Below are positions 40,290 to 41,085 of a DNA stretch of 41,085 bases, piece after piece. The stretch spans positions 1 to 41,085 of the IMG/VR virus record IMGVR_UViG_3300034069_000436; one strand, given 5' to 3'. The position numbers and the translations under genes were made by a program. Position 1 is the stretch's first letter; every line of letters starts with the position of its first letter. Source of the stretch: a virus. The notes beneath the pieces were generated by a model. It was not told the origin of the DNA. It did no database searches and was given only the letters and a program-made list of their open reading frames with translations.

Positions 40290-40613
40290 CTAAAGGCGGA
40301 ACTGGTTGGTCCGCAAATGAGCGTATTCGCTGCTGTTCAAAAGGCGACGGACGCCTTCCTTGTGATTAGGGTCATACAGGTTGACCCCGTGCTTGTTGAT
40401 CCATTCCATGATCGTCACGGCAGGGATATGAGCGGCGTGCCACATGTCGGCGCGACGGTCGAACCCCTCCGCTTGCTGTTCCTTGTTGGCGTCAAGAATC
40501 GGCGTGGCGTCCTGGCGATAACGAAACCCCCATGTGTCACCGTCGTCCTGTGCGGCAAACTCCGTGGTCAGCCCCGTGGTGGGATCGTGATCCAATTGCC
40601 GCCAAGCACTCAC
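40290..40613 (-). CDS. Hypothetical head-module protein
   Basis: 107 aa, with a 4-nt overlap upstream. Confidence 0.55.
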   Translation of the reverse strand: MSAWRQLDHDPTTGLTTEFAAQDDGDTWGFRYRQDATPILDANKEQQAEGFDRRADMWHAAHIPAVTIMEWINKHGVNLYDPNHKEGVRRLLNSSEYAHLRTNQFRL

Positions 40614-40819
40614 ACCAGCACCGCCTTGCCCTGTGCCACGAGGTCATCGGCAACGTAATCCGGCACCTCTGCCGTATCGCCGTTGTAGATGACGCGCTCG
40701 TCGCCGAGGAACAGGTCTGCCGGCACGGTAGCCTTGATCGTCACCAGATCAGTTGCCAGGGCCTCGTCAGCGAGGATGGCATCCTGTGTCACCGGATTTC
40801 TCATTCTACCGCGCGGCAT
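40610..40819 (-). CDS. Hypothetical small protein downstream of the capsid gene
   Basis: 69 aa, 11 nt after the capsid stop. Confidence 0.5.
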   Translation of the reverse strand: MPRGRMRNPVTQDAILADEALATDLVTIKATVPADLFLGDERVIYNGDTAEVPDYVADDLVAQGKAVLV

Positions 40820-40830
40820 TCCTTGTCTCC

Positions 40831-41085
40831 TTACGACGGGGTGATATCGGCGATCACACCGGATGCCGCGTCATTGCTGCACCGCAGAGTAACCTCCGTG
40901 TACATGGCATCACGGTCGGCAAGCCCGGTCGTCGCCAGCTTGCGACGCTGCATGGGGTCGAGTTCCATAATCTGCCACATGTCGGTATCCAGCACCAGCG
41001 CGTCGCGCGTAGTGCCGATGTTCCGATCCGGCACGAACGCCAACTCGCCGAAGTCCGACACGTACACGTCGGCGCCGCCGATGAT
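40831..41085 (-). CDS. Major capsid protein, C-terminal segment (same gene as 1..864; 40945-41085 duplicates 1-141)
   Basis: Track ORF 40831..41067 is in frame with my capsid reading across the overlap. Position 40945 corresponds to position 1 at a codon boundary. Confidence 0.85.
   Translation of the reverse strand: MIGGADVYVSDFGELAFVPDRNIGTTRDALVLDTDMWQIMELDPMQRRKLATTGLADRDAMYTEVTLRCSNDAASGVIADITPS
40945..41085. repeat. Right copy of the 141-bp terminal direct repeat
   Basis: Identical to 1-141. Confidence 0.97.

Noticed and set aside
1-41085. Prophage or lysogeny features (integrase, att sites, CI repressor), tRNA genes, and T7-like RNA or DNA polymerase
   Set aside because: I read all track ORFs and the intergenic regions. 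No tyrosine or serine recombinase motifs, no polymerase motifs and no cloverleaf-like sequence (GTTCGAATC-type T-arm) were seen. The terminal repeat lies inside a gene, so it is not an att or LTR-type element.

Overview
The window appears to be one complete, circularly closed dsDNA phage genome. The first 141 bp (1-141) are identical to the last 141 bp (40945-41085), which gives a unit length of 40,944 bp. The major capsid gene is split across this junction. By eye the GC content is in the low-to-mid 60s %, so long antisense shadow ORFs are common in the track.

The genome has two main transcription blocks:
- A roughly 31-kb leftward (minus-strand) block. It starts at a Cro/YdaS-like gene (13258) and runs through a replication/nuclease module (VRR-NUC, HNH, Toprim primase fused to a RecA-like helicase). 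It continues through terS, terL, portal, scaffold and capsid, crosses the junction into the tail, ejection and fibre genes, and ends with a lysis cassette at an intrinsic terminator (23374-23396).
- A roughly 8.7-kb rightward early operon (13364-22010). Most of its genes are joined by ATGA/GTGA start-stop overlaps.

A small accessory island lies at 22067-23362. I found no DNA polymerase, RNA polymerase, integrase, CI-type repressor, tRNA or CRISPR array.

The most unusual content is in the early operon:
- Two near-perfect in-frame minisatellites: 19 x 12 bp encoding (A-A-W/G/R-D/A)n, and about 16 x 15 bp encoding pentapeptide repeats.
- A run of genes for a Rieske-motif protein, a pentapeptide-repeat protein, a PP-loop (PAPS-reductase-like) ATPase and a compact C5-cytosine methyltransferase.
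- Short junction sequences repeated at the boundaries of consecutive genes (three copies of a 36-60 nt leader module, plus two further direct-repeat pairs bracketing a low-GC cassette). This looks like a cassette-exchange architecture.

In the late operon I note a GH10-like glycoside hydrolase, two low-GC signal-peptide proteins coupled into the structural genes, a free-standing NUMOD4/HNH homing endonuclease, and two unexplained non-coding islands.

All functional calls come from motif recognition by eye. No database search was run.
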